Shown here in pieces: positions 24,657-38,511 of a DNA stretch of 64,000 nt (position 1 is the first letter of the stretch; each line of letters opens with the position of its first letter). The stretch lies in NCBI RefSeq assembly GCF_001194135.2, contig NC_069001.1, positions 20,118,047-20,182,046 on the forward strand, given 5' to 3'. A program made the translations under genes and the position numbers. Below the pieces are notes generated by a model. The model ran no database searches, was not told where the DNA came from, and saw only the letters and a list, made by a program, of their open reading frames with translations. This DNA is from Octopus bimaculoides (Eukaryota).

Positions 24657-26469
24657 GTAAGACACTATACATATATAGACACCATTTTACTTCTACTTTC
24701 ATATATTTGCGTCCCAAGGCAGCCATATGTGTTTTCCTTAACTATGCAGTGGTGTACAATGTGTGACAATGATATAAATCTCTACTCACACATATAGAAC
24801 TCATAACTTGTATACACATGTAACTGAATAGATGATGTGTGTGTGTGTATATATATATAGACCAGCTTCCACATGGTACTACAAATAGGACAGAGATACA
24901 AAGACAGGGTATTTACATAATGATTTAGGATAGGTTCATCAGTTTGAAACCATTGACCAGTTTTGTGAATGTAAGCAAGGTATTTGAAAGGTGTTGCAAA
25001 AAAGGGGCTGTTAAGAAACTATTACAATATAGTCTGGAGAGAAGGAACAGTGTCTTTGTCTGGTCAGAGATAGCAACAGCAGCAGCAGACATCCATCCTG
25101 CTGTACCTATAATTTTCATATGTTGGTGTAAACTCGTATATGTGTTTTGGGAACAGTGTGTAGATAGGTTCCAATCAGTATGAGAGATGCCTGCATGTGT
25201 ACATGTGTACACACAATACATACGTGAATGTATGTATTCGATTCATTGCAAACTTCAAACAAAAATAGTTTAAACATGTCTTTATAAATAATGAAAGCTG
25301 ACTGATGATAATATAACAAAAATACTAATGTGCAATTTGTCTGCCTAATTGAGATCTCTGGACCTGAAACTCCATATAACTGTCAGGGCTTACTGGTCAA
25401 TTTTATGGCCTGAATATAACTTTACTCAACCTTAATTGTCTACTTTGCACTATCTCCACTCTTATTTCTATCCCATGATTGTTGTTGTTTTCTCTGATGT
25501 TGATGTATACATTAAGACTTGTTGGTATGTATTTTTTCCCTCTTTGCTAATATGATTTCCTTCTCTCACTACCTTTCTCTCTATCCTTCTCTCTATCTGG
25601 CTAGTACCACTTCCTATTTTGTTTTATTATCTCTTGTTTGCTATTTTTATCACTTTGCTTTTGTATAATTTGCATGATTATGGATATATGAGGGCAGATC
25701 ACAATTACAATATTGTATATTTTAATTGAAATATTGAGAAAACCAACCACTAACTTTTGGAAACAACTGTTTAAAATGCTTAAGAATGCCAATAATGTTG
25801 TTTACATTTCATTATATTTTGTATATAATGAACTACCTCAAGTTGTTGAGCCTCACGTAGAAGACAAAAGACCAGTGAAAATGAGGTCCTGAAAGCATAT
25901 CATTTATGTCCATGCCCTCCTCACACCCAAGCTGTTCCTGTCACGCCTTCTCCACATCACACCTTCATAACACTCGTTCCACCTATCACACTTCCTAGTA
26001 CAATAGTATTTTACTCAACTGTTGTAATATGAAGCTAAAACTGCACATATTTTAACCTTTACCCCTTCTCTTTTGTGGTACAAGTTCTCCTACTACTTGG
26101 AACCATTTACCTTGTTTCCCATTCTGCATTCTCATTATTTTATTTCTCACTGAATACCTTCTCATGCCCCTTCCTCCAATCCTTTTTGGCTCACTTTATC
26201 AACCCTTCTGTTTTTTATCTCTGTCTTTCTCTAGTGTCTTATAATGTTTTTCTCCCTTATCACTTCTTCATATACGCCGCTATTTATCCTTTTGGTCCCC
26301 TCACCCTTTCACCTGAAATTCGTCATTGACCACATTGCCTCTTGTGTTCACCATTCACTGCATTCTGCCCTCTCCCCTCTCTAACCATCTATCACTCTCC
26401 TTTCACACTCTTGCAAACTCATCAAATGATAAGTTTATATATATATATATATATATAAGACTTTCCCAC

Positions 26470-26950
26470 CACCCTGAACCCAAACAGAAATAGAAAGAAG
26501 ATAATAATCTGGTTCAATCCCCTATACAATGTAAATGTTTCCAATAATATGACCGGGAGCTTCCTGATGTTAATTAGAAAGCATTTCATAAGCCATAGAT
26601 ATTATAAACTCTTCAACTGATAACGTCAAGGTTACCTACTCTTATATAATATCACTTCAAACATCACATACTGCATTAGACACAAATACACACCTATAAC
26701 AGCTCCCACTCTACGCCTCAAGCTGTAAGTGCTGAAATTCTACTAACTGCCCACTTGAGGGAACCTGCCCTCCTCAAAGGTTGTAGTCTATAAAGCCACC
26801 CTCACACCATCTGATGGCATCACAAGGCACTACACAGACATGACAGCCAATGACTTTAAGGGAGGATATCACAACACATGAACTCTTTCAGGTGTAAGGA
26901 TAGGGAAAAAACCCCACCTCTCTGGACCACTTCATTTGGAAACTCTGGGA
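26470..26950 (+). mobile_element. Penelope-like GIY-YIG endonuclease fragment (WFNPP type)
   Basis: Across frameshifts: IIWFNPLY.VNVS.N..SFLMLIRKHF, YYKLFN..VKVTYS, NCPLEG.C, VVYKATLTPSDGITRHYTDMTANDFK, HN.MNSFR...IWKL. Confidence 0.75.
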
Positions 26951-27739
26951 CTATTGAAATGACTTCCTCAACATCAGATGTAGTATCCTTGAGAGGACTC
27001 CTCCTTATTCATCATCTTGTAATTTCAGAGCATTCTCTCAAAATCCAAGAAGGTGGATAAAGAGAGAATAGGGACTGAGAATTTAGAATGGGTGGTGAGG
27101 GGTAAGTTCACAAGAGTGTGAAAGGAGAGTAACAGTTGGCAGAAATGCAGAAAATGGTGAACATGGATGGAAGCATGGATAATGGTGAATCCAAATTTGG
27201 AAGAATGTAAAGATGAGAATGGGCCATGGAGGAGGAGGTGATAGGTGGTAATACATAAAATGTTTGGGGTTGGAGAGCTAGTTGCTTAGACAGTTAAGAA
27301 ATAGGGGGATATTGTGTAGTTTTGGGAGAGAGATGCACAGTAACAGGGGTCAAAGGCATATAGGGGTAAATATTATGAGTGACGAGGTGAGGATAACGGC
27401 AGATACATTCACACTCCTGCCCCCTTCTCTCTTATTCCCCCTCTCCTGTGGAACAACATTCTTCTCTGGTTTCTCTCTGACTCTTTTTCACTCCCTGTAA
27501 TCTCTCTCTTTTGATGCAGGGCTGATGTCCAAAACGTGCTTTTTATTTCCATTAAAGCAGTAAGCTAATATCCTACTTGTCAAACTTTATTCTTCCTCTG
27601 TCTTCCTTTTCATTGTTCTTAGTATTTACACTGTAAATAAACAGGGTGCATCAGCTGTTTGAAAACAAAATTTTAAGTAAAGGAAAATAAAAGTACTTAT
27701 TAAAAAAACTAATATATTTTTATAGCATTTGGTACACAC

Positions 27740-28640
27740 ATTCTTAGATGCACATAGCAAAAAGCTATTCAGTAAAACTGCCATCAGCCTCAATACGGCT
27801 TCTGAAACAAATGTGTTGACCAGGTGATCTTTATTCATGTTGGTTATACCATCACCAATGGCAGACATCAGTGCAGCTTTGGTATTGTGGGCATGTTTGT
27901 TGATCTCCCTTTCAGTGACACTTTAGACATAGTAGTCCAGTGGCTGTAGATCAGGATAGATAAGAAGCCAGATATTAGGGATAACAGGATCATGAGAATT
28001 TTTGAACCATCCATTCCTGTGTCGTGCAGGCTGTGTGAGAGTCTTGCTGGAACGTGTACTGTCTCTCCTGAACAAGTCTCTTGATCAGGTCTTGACAATC
28101 ATTTCCATTGCCTCAATGTTGACTGCCACATTGACCCTAAACCTTGCTCAAGAAAGTGAGGGGACATGTCCTGGTCCTTGTTGCTCATGATCCCCAAGAC
28201 CATCAAAAGTGATGGGAACTTGGTGTGTATAATAGTAGGGACTTCAGTGGGGCTGACACAGAGTTATTATTTCTCCTGTTCACTTTTTGATCTTGGACAA
28301 AGTTCTCATCTGAGAACCCGAGCATGTTGGACTCCTTGGGGGTGCTTCGGTTTGTTCAGCAGGCACTTCAACCGGATGACACAGTTCTCTTTGGTACTAC
28401 TGGACATGAGCTGCACTCTTCTCATAACCTTGTATCTCTACTTGATATCTCTGGGTACCACACATCTAAGCATTGACTTTAACACATGGAGATGATTGGC
28501 AGTAGCCTTCATTGACTTGCTGAGATTCCTGTTGATGATACCCTATACATGCTGGACAAACTCAACAATGTCTGACCATTGAGAATGTTTTTTTTTTCCT
28601 TTTCAACATGGAAGACACTTTCCTGTTAGAGGCCAGAAGC
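27740..28640 (-). mobile_element. Decayed Tc1/mariner transposase of maT (DD37D) type
   Basis: Minus strand FSDENFVQDQKVNRRN, HTKFP..MVLG.MSN, decayed FQQDS region, IW...PDLQPLDYYV, REINKHAHNTKAALMSAI...MNKDHL. Confidence 0.75.
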
Positions 28641-28829
28641 TCTTGAACACAAAAGATCTGGCAACATTTAAGAAGGTTTCAGTTTCAGAATTGCTATGTT
28701 GTTGGTTAAGGCAATGGGAACAGCATACCTTTTCATTGTCTTCCATGTTGGCACTGAGAAAAGGAGGATGTTTAGTTAAAGTGTGGCCACTTATAGATCT
28801 TCAAAGTTTTGTTCTCAAATAGCTGACAC

Positions 28830-28903
<74 letters not shown>

Positions 28904-29023
28904 CATATATATGTATTTATATACATATATATATATATATATATACATATGTATATATATATATTTGTATATGTATATATATGTATATATATATATTTGT
29001 ATATATGAATATGTGTATGCATG

Positions 29024-29063
<40 letters not shown>

Positions 29064-29517
29064 GATGTATTAATATGTGCATACCTATTACTGGATTACT
29101 AATGAGCCTGCAGTGTTTATTTTCCCCACTAAAGTTTACTCTAGAGTATCATCATCATCTTCATCAAGTCCATTTTCTATGTTGGTATTGGTTGGACAGT
29201 TTGACAGGTGTGGCCTACTGGAGAGCTGCCTGGATTCCATTTGTCTGTTTTGACATGATTTCTATGGCTGGATGCCCTTCATAATGCGTTCCTTTCCATA
29301 GATTTTGACTTTTTTTTTTTTGCATCACTGTATTTGTAAATTAATATCCACTAGATATATAAGACAGTTATAAATGTGTGTCATGTTTATAAAACTTCAC
29401 CCTGAACAGTACAAGAAGAATTAACTGGGTGATGTTGTTTACCTTACATTAACTACAGTGTATCCTACATTAAATACAATGTAATCATATTTAAACTACT
29501 ATTCTTATGCTTATAAC

Positions 29518-30910
29518 TACTGGTGGGCACAGCTAACCAAAACGTTAGCTTCACTAACTGCTAAACTGCTAAACAGGTAAAAAAATTACTGGAAGCTAAC
29601 ACTAACTGATAACTGATAACTTTTATCATATGAATTTAGTTTCAGTTTGGTTTTTTGGGGCTCTAAAACCCTTCAAAACAGACCTAGAGAGCTGAAATGT
29701 TGTAGCTCAGACATAAAGCTTTCCAAAATCAGATGATGATCAAGGTGTACGCAAATAATTAAGTGAACAAATGAAATTAAACATTAGTTTTTCAGTCATC
29801 ATACATTTTATTTACTGTAGAAAAAGTAATAAGTGAATCAAAACAGTATAGTATAGCATAGGTATTATACCAAAATCAAATGATGATCAAGGTGTACTAC
29901 TCTGGCTGGGCCTTCTCCATTGCCTCGACGTGATACTGGTTACCCTTCATAAACATGAGCCTCTCAAAAGTTACCATCTGACAGGGTGGCTCTCTTGGCC
30001 CTCAAAGTATCTTTGCCTATAGAGAATAGGTGCTCATCTGCAGCATTGGACGGGATGGTATTATATTTGGTGAACAGGTTGATCAAGACCTGCTCACCCA
30101 AAAAGGAGACTTCAGTCAGGACCTCCTTCCAGACAACATCCAGCCAGGTTTTCACCAAGTTCTGCGCCTTGGATTTCAGTGACCTGTGGCTCCTGCTCTC
30201 CCAGAAACAAGTGATGTTACTGAAGAAATCATCTTCCTCATCCTCATTGTTGGTGGTGTTGCTGCCCTCCTCATTGGTCTCCATTAGGGCTGTCTCTACG
30301 ACAGTCTCCATGGCATTCGTTACTCTGCTAACCTGGCTGTTATTATACTGCTCCAGTCAGAACAGGTGAGACTTTGGGTGGAAGGAAGCGACCAGCTGGC
30401 ACTCCAGGTCTTTTAGGAGGGGCCTAAGCCTTTTCGTGATGCCTGCCAGTTTCACATCTACCAGAGGATTGCAGTACAGGAGATGTTTGAACTTGGTCTC
30501 CTTCAACTTCATGAGGGCAGCCACTACAGTTGGCAAAAGGCTCCTGAGATAGGCCTGCTCCTCCCCTTGGATTTTATCCAAGGCCTTGGCAACATTAGAC
30601 ATCACCTAGATGTACTCCGTCAGGAAGCCAACATCAGAATCAGTGAAGGTCTGCAGCTTCAGCTGTGTCTTCATCTTGTGGACAGTTCCCCTATTCTTCT
30701 CCAGCTGGTTGTTGAGGACAACAACAGAGTCATAGGTAGAGTTCCATCTGGTACTGTTGGGGACCACCAGCCTTCTCTTCAATGCGTCCAGAATGTTGTC
30801 TGCCACCACTGTGTTGTGGCTCTGCATGCTAATTTTATATAGGAAGGTAATACTCATCAGTAATGCTCATTCCATCACAGCTGACAGAGGCCAACTCACC
30901 CTGTCAATAT
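29518..30910 (-). mobile_element. hAT transposon 3' half (transposase relic and right terminus)
   Basis: Minus ORFs give LVVPNSTRWNSTYDS, VAKALDKIQGE..AYL..LLPT, ASFHPK and the dimerisation motif NTIPSNAADEHLFS. Terminus-like TGGTGGGCACAGCTAACC at ~29521. Confidence 0.8.
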
Positions 30911-31059
30911 TATGGAGAATGCCATTGGAATTAGTGACTGATTTCACAAAATGGTAATGTGAAAATTATGAAATAATCAAGGTGACTAGCAGCAATTCAA
31001 AACCAACTAGGAAATAATTCACCATCATTATATATAAACTGATACAGAATATGATCAAA

Positions 31060-31190
31060 AAAAAATCAAGCCTCTCATCCACATCTCCACACAAGCTGCA
31101 GTGGTTTTTGTGAGCACATAGTTTGCACAATTTTTGTGGATAGAAATCACACATTGTAGTTTAACATTTGTTACTAGGCTCTTTTAAATT
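31060..31190 (-). mobile_element. Possible piggyBac C-terminal cysteine-rich domain remnant
   Basis: PSNKC*TTMCDFYPQKLCKLCAHKNHCSLC. Cys spacing resembles a piggyBac CRD. No catalytic domain seen. Confidence 0.35.
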
Positions 31191-32159
31191 CATGGAAACA
31201 TTGCTTATAATTCAAAGCCTTTTTCTACATCTAAACCTCAGTCCTCTAATGATTAAGGAGAAAATGCCTAAAAATGAACTTATGTATATACTTGTCACAT
31301 TATTGTGAAAATTGGTAGTATTAAAGAGAAGACTTTTTGTTTGTTTTCATAGTATGAATAGTCATTTGGTTTAAAAAGTTACATGTGTCATAGTTAATTT
31401 ATTACATTATATGAATTAGAACAAATGACAAAAAGATAATAAAAAGAAAGATATGAGTGACAAAATGCAATTAGTAACAACCAATTAGTTACTGGCCTTG
31501 TGGCAGCTTTTTCATTATTAAATTTACTAGTAAGCTATGTCCTTCAGTAAAAAGATGATTCCAGGTATTCATGAAATCTTCGGTAAAAAAAAAAAACAAC
31601 TAAAATAAATCACAAAATTTGTACAACACATGCATCAGTTTTTACAGCAAATATTACAGAATATAAAAAGAGGATGGGATTGAAGTTTTCTCTTAAATTA
31701 CTTCATAACTTCCTTTAAAAGAAATATAAACAAGACTTTTGATTAGAGTATTTTCAGGTGGTACAGGACTGAAAGATCCAAGTGTTGGTGCATGGGTTTA
31801 TGTTATCAAGGATGTTATGAACTAAATTTAGGTAAATGGTTAAGGTATAGTGATAGTGATATTCATTTGATATCCTCTTTTCCAGTCTATGGTGAGGTTG
31901 AATAAACATGACAGACATTTACAACTGTCTTGTATCATCATCATCATCATCATCATCATATATCTATTTTCCTTACTGGCATGGATTGGATGGTTTGATA
32001 GGAGCTAGCAAGCTGCTCCAGGTTCCATTGTCTGTTTTGGTATGATTTCTATGGCTGGTTGCTCTTCCTAACACCAACCACTTTATAGAGTGAACTGGAT
32101 GCTCTTTATGTGTTTTAATTAATTTACATATGGAGTGATGGCTCAAAATTTACGTATAT

Positions 32160-32325
32160 GTTGTTGTCGGCACTCCGTCACTTACGACGTCGAAGGTTCC
32201 AGTTGATCCGATCAACGGAACAGCCTGCTCGTGAAATTTACGTGCAAGTGGCTAAGCATTCCACAGACACGTGTACCCTTAACGTAGTTCTCGGAGATAT
32301 TCAGCGTGACACAGTGTGACAAGGC
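32160..32325 (-). mobile_element. Family A SINE, 3' half (head lost in gap)
   Basis: CpG-rich close relative of 6203-6360, running into the N gap. Confidence 0.75.
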
Positions 32326-35300
32326 NNNNNNNNNNNNNNNNNNNNNNNNNNNNNNNNNNNNNNNNNNNNNNNNNNNNNNNNNNNNNNNNNNNNNNNNNNN
32401 NNNNNNNNNNNNNNNNNNNNNNNNNNNNNNNNNNNNNNNNNNNNNNNNNNNNNNNNNNNNNNNNNNNNNNNNNNNNNNNNNNNNNNNNNNNNNNNNNNNN
32501 NNNNNNNNNNNNNNNNNNNNNNNNNNNNNNNNNNNNNNNNNNNNNNNNNNNNNNNNNNNNNNNNNNNNNNNNNNNNNNNNNNNNNNNNNNNNNNNNNNNN
32601 NNNNNNNNNNNNNNNNNNNNNNNNNNNNNNNNNNNNNNNNNNNNNNNNNNNNNNNNNNNNNNNNNNNNNNNNNNNNNNNNNNNNNNNNNNNNNNNNNNNN
32701 NNNNNNNNNNNNNNNNNNNNNNNNNNNNNNNNNNNNNNNNNNNNNNNNNNNNNNNNNNNNNNNNNNNNNNNNNNNNNNNNNNNNNNNNNNNNNNNNNNNN
32801 NNNNNNNNNNNNNNNNNNNNNNNNNNNNNNNNNNNNNNNNNNNNNATATATATATATATATATAATTCTTAAACAAGAATATTATTGATATTGACTTCCA
32901 AATAAGCCATCATCAGACTGTGATGCATTGAAGTTAATCTTGGCTTTATATAGTCTCCTTTGAGTTAAGTTCTTCATTGGGTATGTGGGTTTGAGCGGAG
33001 TGGTAATTAGGTTGTAGGGTGGGTTGTGAGAGAGAGGTGTTTTGGAGAAACTTTTAAATTGGTTGCATGTAGAACTTTGTAAGCAGATATGTATGTTTAG
33101 GTGCCCCCCTTTTAGGTCATGGAATTGTTTTTAAGTGGCTCACAAAAGGATGTAGGTAGAGGATGTGCCAGTAGTTTTGATTATTTCTGATTTTATTGGA
33201 TCTAATCCTCTGCTTTTACAATGTGAATTTCAAAGGTTCAAAGTTTAACTTCAGTGCATTGCAGTCCAACATTGCCTTAGCTGGCTGAAACTTTGAAGTC
33301 ACTGACAATAACATTCTTGTTTAAGAACAATAAATTTGTACCCTACAAAAGTATAGAGTAACCCATCAGATTAATGTAAAATTGTTTTTATTATAACTGA
33401 ACATAAAAACAGTATATCATATCATCAGCATTTACATCTTCTTCGCCACATTGGCTTTGGTTAATTGGGACTTTTATGATTGGTTGTTTCCTTGACGCTA
33501 ACCCTTTTAATCACCTCTTATAACACAGGCTTATGGTGTTCATATTCTAAAACCTGGGATTCAAACAGCGCACACACATACACACATGTATAAATGTTCG
33601 ATGTAGATGTATGGTTTGGTTTGGAGACATTAGAGTAGATGGATTTTTATTGTTTTATCAGTAGGTATAAAGTTGTATTTCATCCAGTTAAATATTATTC
33701 TTATTTAGTTTATTTTTTTTTAACAAACCCAAGATTTTAGCATTTTCTTATGCTTCAGGAGTGTGAAACAAATGGGACTGTATTTTAAAGAAATTGGTTC
33801 ATCATTTAACCTATATTGAAGAGGTTTTAGTGAAGATTATGAAAGGGAATTTTAATCATAACAATGGTTAATTGTAGGAGAGAACTAGCCAGTTGAGTTC
33901 CTTAAACTTTGATTTGCTATGAATAGATTATATTCATTTTGAAAATTACTTGATTTTCAAAATAAGTGAACTATTTGTTGCAGCACAAATGTACATCCAG
34001 GGGTGAAGGTGGGACATGACTACTTTGTTTTCAAATTTAATCTTGATTGTTGCTGTTATTGTATTTTCTCATTTATTTTTAGCATAAGTTGCATGTTTTT
34101 GCTTTACCTAACATCTGTTACTAATACAAATAACTGTATACCTTGTATGCAATGTTTTATTGTTTGGGAATTTCTGAAGTCCAGAAAGTAAGAGCAAAAT
34201 GTATATATTTTTTATTTGTTTTGTTTAATGCTTCATTTTACATTTTTGTTTTTCTACATGAAACTGCAAATCGAAACAAGTTTAAGATTGTGAACTTGTA
34301 GTGCCATTAGATCTGGCATATTTCAACTATAAAATCAGCCTAAAATATTTCTAAATGATTACTTCATGTAAAAGTATTTTGAATTTAGATATCAAAATAG
34401 CTGTTTAGGTAGCTTTGTTAAAATGCTTTCTCTACATAAATCTCCCAGTCCTCTTAGAAATTAGAATTTTTGATATGCAATCTGTTCAGTATAAAGAATT
34501 CATTTGTGTTAATTTGGATGAAGTTTGCTAATACAGTATAATGATCTTTGGTGATCATTATAAATGTGGTTTTCAACTGTTGTTTCTGACTTTTACACAC
34601 ATATGCGTACATGTGTGTGTGGAGCAGGTGTTTAATATACATTGTCTTATGTCTGTTTCTCAATAGTAACACTGTCAATACAAAGGAGCATGACACTACT
34701 GATGTTAATAAGAGATAATTTTTATTCTTTTCCACATTATGGATATACTTAGTTACTTATAAATGACAACTGTCTACTGAGTGAATATAACAAACTGACT
34801 TTTACAATAATGAAAAATTATCACAGCTGCTATTTTTTTTTTTCAACTTTTCTCACAGTGATGGAAATCATAACATAGTGTCCAATCTCAGAAAAGAATT
34901 TTTTGAAAATCAAAAATGTTACTCTGATGGAAAATTCACCTAAGAAATACAATTGAGTTGTTGTTCTTCCAGGAGTGTGGTTATACTAGTTACTTATAAA
35001 TGACAACTTTCTATTGACTGAATATGAAAATCTATTGGCTTATTGGTGAGGGAAGATAGCAAAACAAGAGAAATAAGTAATCAAATACCTTCATTACATC
35101 TATGGAAGAGATGCAGGCATATCTCAGAGCATACTTTTTCTGATGCTAATTGCATTAGATCTGAGACAGGAAACTAATGTCTAGGAATTGATAGGAATAC
35201 ATGTGAATACACCTGCATGTAATCAACTTGTCTGTATTCAACCTACCTGGGCTGGTTTAAGTGACATGTTAATAGGTAATAATAAACAGCAACAGGTAAA

Positions 35301-36719
35301 ACCCACATTCACAATGTACACCATAGATCGTTATATCATGTAAGTAAATTTCTTCCAAATTCATACAATAACTATTATTTCTGTGATTTTTATGTTGGAA
35401 AAGAGAAAGCACTAGAGGAACTTAAAAGTTTAAGTAGCAAAATTTTATGACTTCCTGTGGAGATCACTTGCTCCTGAAGTTACACAAGTTATACTAGCAA
35501 AACACATCAATTTTACTGTGGCCCTGCTGCAAGTTGTCCCTGTTTTCAGATAGCTGGATTAGCCATTTGAAAGTTGTATATCTTGAACTTCCCAGTTCCT
35601 GTCCAACTTGTTATCCATCTGTACACTTGTTTTACAGGGATCTCTCTCTCACACACACACACATAAAATAGTTTCGCTAGAAATAATTAAAACAAAACTT
35701 TGCATTTTTGATAGTTAAGTTCATTGTGTTATCTTTACTTACTCTATTTTGGGGGCTTACACCACTTGATTTTCGCAAGTATTATTTTTAAAACAGTTGT
35801 CAGCCTTTTTAAAAATCAAAGTTGAATCACTTAATGACCATGTTGACTGGTAGCAAGATTATTAAGGACTGCTTTTTTTTAATATAAATATCCTAGTAAA
35901 TTTTCACATGGTATTGCATATTTCCTGCTAATGATATTATGTATGAGTACAGGCATTAATTGTGTATGAATATATACATATACAGAGAAGCATTGACATG
36001 CGTACATATTAAACACATGAAACAATATTTGAATACACTTATCCCTCACACACATATTCACTTTATATGTGTGTGTGTGTTTATATATGATTTTATGTCT
36101 GCTTTTCCATGCTGGTTAAGTTTTGGCTGTGTTATTATAAAGACAACTTAATGACTGTCTCACTTGTATGTTCCATTTTTGACATAATTTTTGTTGCTGA
36201 TGTCTTTCCTAACTTCAGCAAACTGACAGTGTGTACGGATTGCACTTTATCATAGTATCAGTAATAGAGAGTTTACTTCCCCTCCTGCAAGATTAAAGAA
36301 CCCTCTCTGCTTGATGATGTTTCTGTTCAAGGTAACTTGACCAAGTGGGTGACTGGAGAAAGAACCAGGCTGTATCAACATCATAGTCAACTGTTACAAA
36401 AGTAAAGGAGATACCTTAGAGAGAGACAAAATTAGAGGCATCAAATTGCTGGACCAGTTCATGAAATGTATGAAAAGGGTTATAGCTCTGTTGATGAGAA
36501 ATAGAGAAAGACTAGATGATATGTAGCTCAGTTTTGTGTTAGGGAAAAGTAAAGTACTACAGATGCTCTCTCCCTAATGAGAAAGCTTTCAACCGGGTCT
36601 CTTGCCCTTTTGATTTGGTGGCCACTGAGGAAATAGTTATAGCTCAATTTTTTATGGTTCTCTCTATGAACAGAGATGCTGTTACTAAGGCAAGCATACA
36701 TACATATATATATGTGTGT

Positions 36720-37034
36720 TTTACTCTTTTACTTGTTTCAGTCATTTGACTGCGGCCATGCTGGAGCACCGCTTTTAGTCGAGCAAATGCAGAACCCTTA
36801 AGTTACTGGGACATAAACACACCAGCATCAGTTGTCAAGCGATGTTAGGGGGACAAACACAGACACACACACACACACATATATATACATATGCATATAC
36901 ACGACAGGCTTCTTTCAGTTTCCATCTACCAAATCCACTCACAAGGCTTTGGTTGGCCCAAGGCTATAGTAGAAGACACTTGCCCAAGGTGCCACGCAGT
37001 GGGACTGAACCTGGAACCATGTGGTTGGTAAGCA
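36720..37034 (-). mobile_element. tRNA-derived SINE (family C)
   Basis: Minus strand GGTTCCAGGTTCAGTCCC (B-box-like), CACCTTGGGCAAGTGTCTTC (CORE-like), internal (TA/CA)n, 3' end GCTCCAGCATGGCCGCAGTCAAATGACTGAAACAAG. Fragments also near 400-530, 40440-40815 and 45270-45370. Confidence 0.8.
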
Positions 37035-37659
37035 NNNNNNNNNNNNNNNNNNNNNNNNNNNNNNNNNNNNNNNNNNNNNNNNNNNNNNNNNNNNNNNNNN
37101 NNNNNNNNNNNNNNNNNNNNNNNNNNNNNNNNNNNNNNNNNNNNNNNNNNNNNNNNNNNNNNNNNNNNNNNNNNNNNNNNNNNNNNNNNNNNNNNNNNNN
37201 NNNNNNNNNNNNNNNNNNNNNNNNNNNNNNNNNNNNNNNNNNNNNNNNNNNNNNNNNNNNNNNNNNNNNNNNNNNNNNNNNNNNNNNNNNNNNNNNNNNN
37301 NNNNNNNNNNNNNNNNNNNNNNNNNNNNNNNNNGCAATCCTCAGCTGCACAAAGATATAGAAATTTACTGAAATTACATTTCAACAGAAGGACATATTTT
37401 TATAACTACATTTAAACTCTCCAAGTAGGAAGGAAAAATACAAAAAAACATTTTGACTTAGCCAGACCATACAGACTAGTAAATAATTCTAAGCAGATTT
37501 TTAACTGTCACTGATTTTATTTGTTTTTTTGTTTCTGATTTATGGACCCTCTTATCAGACCTAGTGATTCAAAGCTTAAGAGGGCACTGGCATTTTCTTT
37601 GTAGGAAAAGGGGTAAACAGTATAGACAGTAAACATGGATGATATAGTTATAAAATTTC

Positions 37660-37860
37660 TTAGAAATAGTTATAAACAGAGTCACCTCCAAGGAAACACA
37701 AATAGCAGTTGGTGTTCCACAAGGCACTGTCCTAGGGCCACTGATATTCATAATGGCCCTCTCAAGCCATGCCCTCAGCTGCTCAGATAGCTACCCTTGC
37801 TCACACAGCCGGCACATACCATTTTGCTAGCAACAAGGAAAGTACAGGATGACAGTCAGC
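37660..37860 (+). mobile_element. CR1/Jockey-type RT fragment
   Basis: EIVINRVTSKETQIAVGVPQGTVLGPLIFIM (RT domain 4). Confidence 0.65.
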
Positions 37861-38473
37861 CAAAACCATCGCTATGTTGTCTCTCTTCTGATGTCCAATT
37901 CCACTTGAAGTTGTATATATATTGTGTTAAGATTCATTATCAATCAATTATCCTTATTGAGAAGAAACAGTCAAAAGTAACCACCACATAGAATCGCCAA
38001 ACATCTCCACTGCTTAAAACCATCCAATTAACCGGCTTCATCTGTACAGCTGACATGAAAAGCTACGCAAAAAAGAGAAAAAAATTGATTGCTATTAAAA
38101 CACATAAAATTTTGGGGTTTATAGTCTTAATCTTAAGTTACAGTCTCTCATTCAAACTACATAATAGGAAGAATTGTCGGATTAAGACAGTAGGGTGCTT
38201 TGAGGGAGATTTGGCTGCTATTTCTACCAGATCTCGCTACCATGTAGAGGTCTCCCTCATTGGCTCATACATACATATGTACATAAAATTGAAATAAAAT
38301 ACTTAAAAGTTGTCAAATACAAAAGCCAAGGTCCATGCAGTGTCATGGGCCCCAAAAAATTTCCAACTTCTTGCCTAATGCGAGCCCTGAGCAATCTCTT
38401 AACTCTTACACTATTTCAGTATTACGTCTCTATTGTAAAGTGAGATAATACTTTCAGTTTGAAAGAAGTCTGT

Positions 38474-38511
<38 letters not shown>

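Noticed and set aside
28783-29082. YIYI/CVCV/HTHT ORFs (also near 4200, 9700, 40240 and 42060)
   Set aside because: Translations of dinucleotide microsatellites.
32301-32888. Long X-rich ORFs (also 11646, 36842, 38411 and 46791)
   Set aside because: Open only because they cross N gaps.
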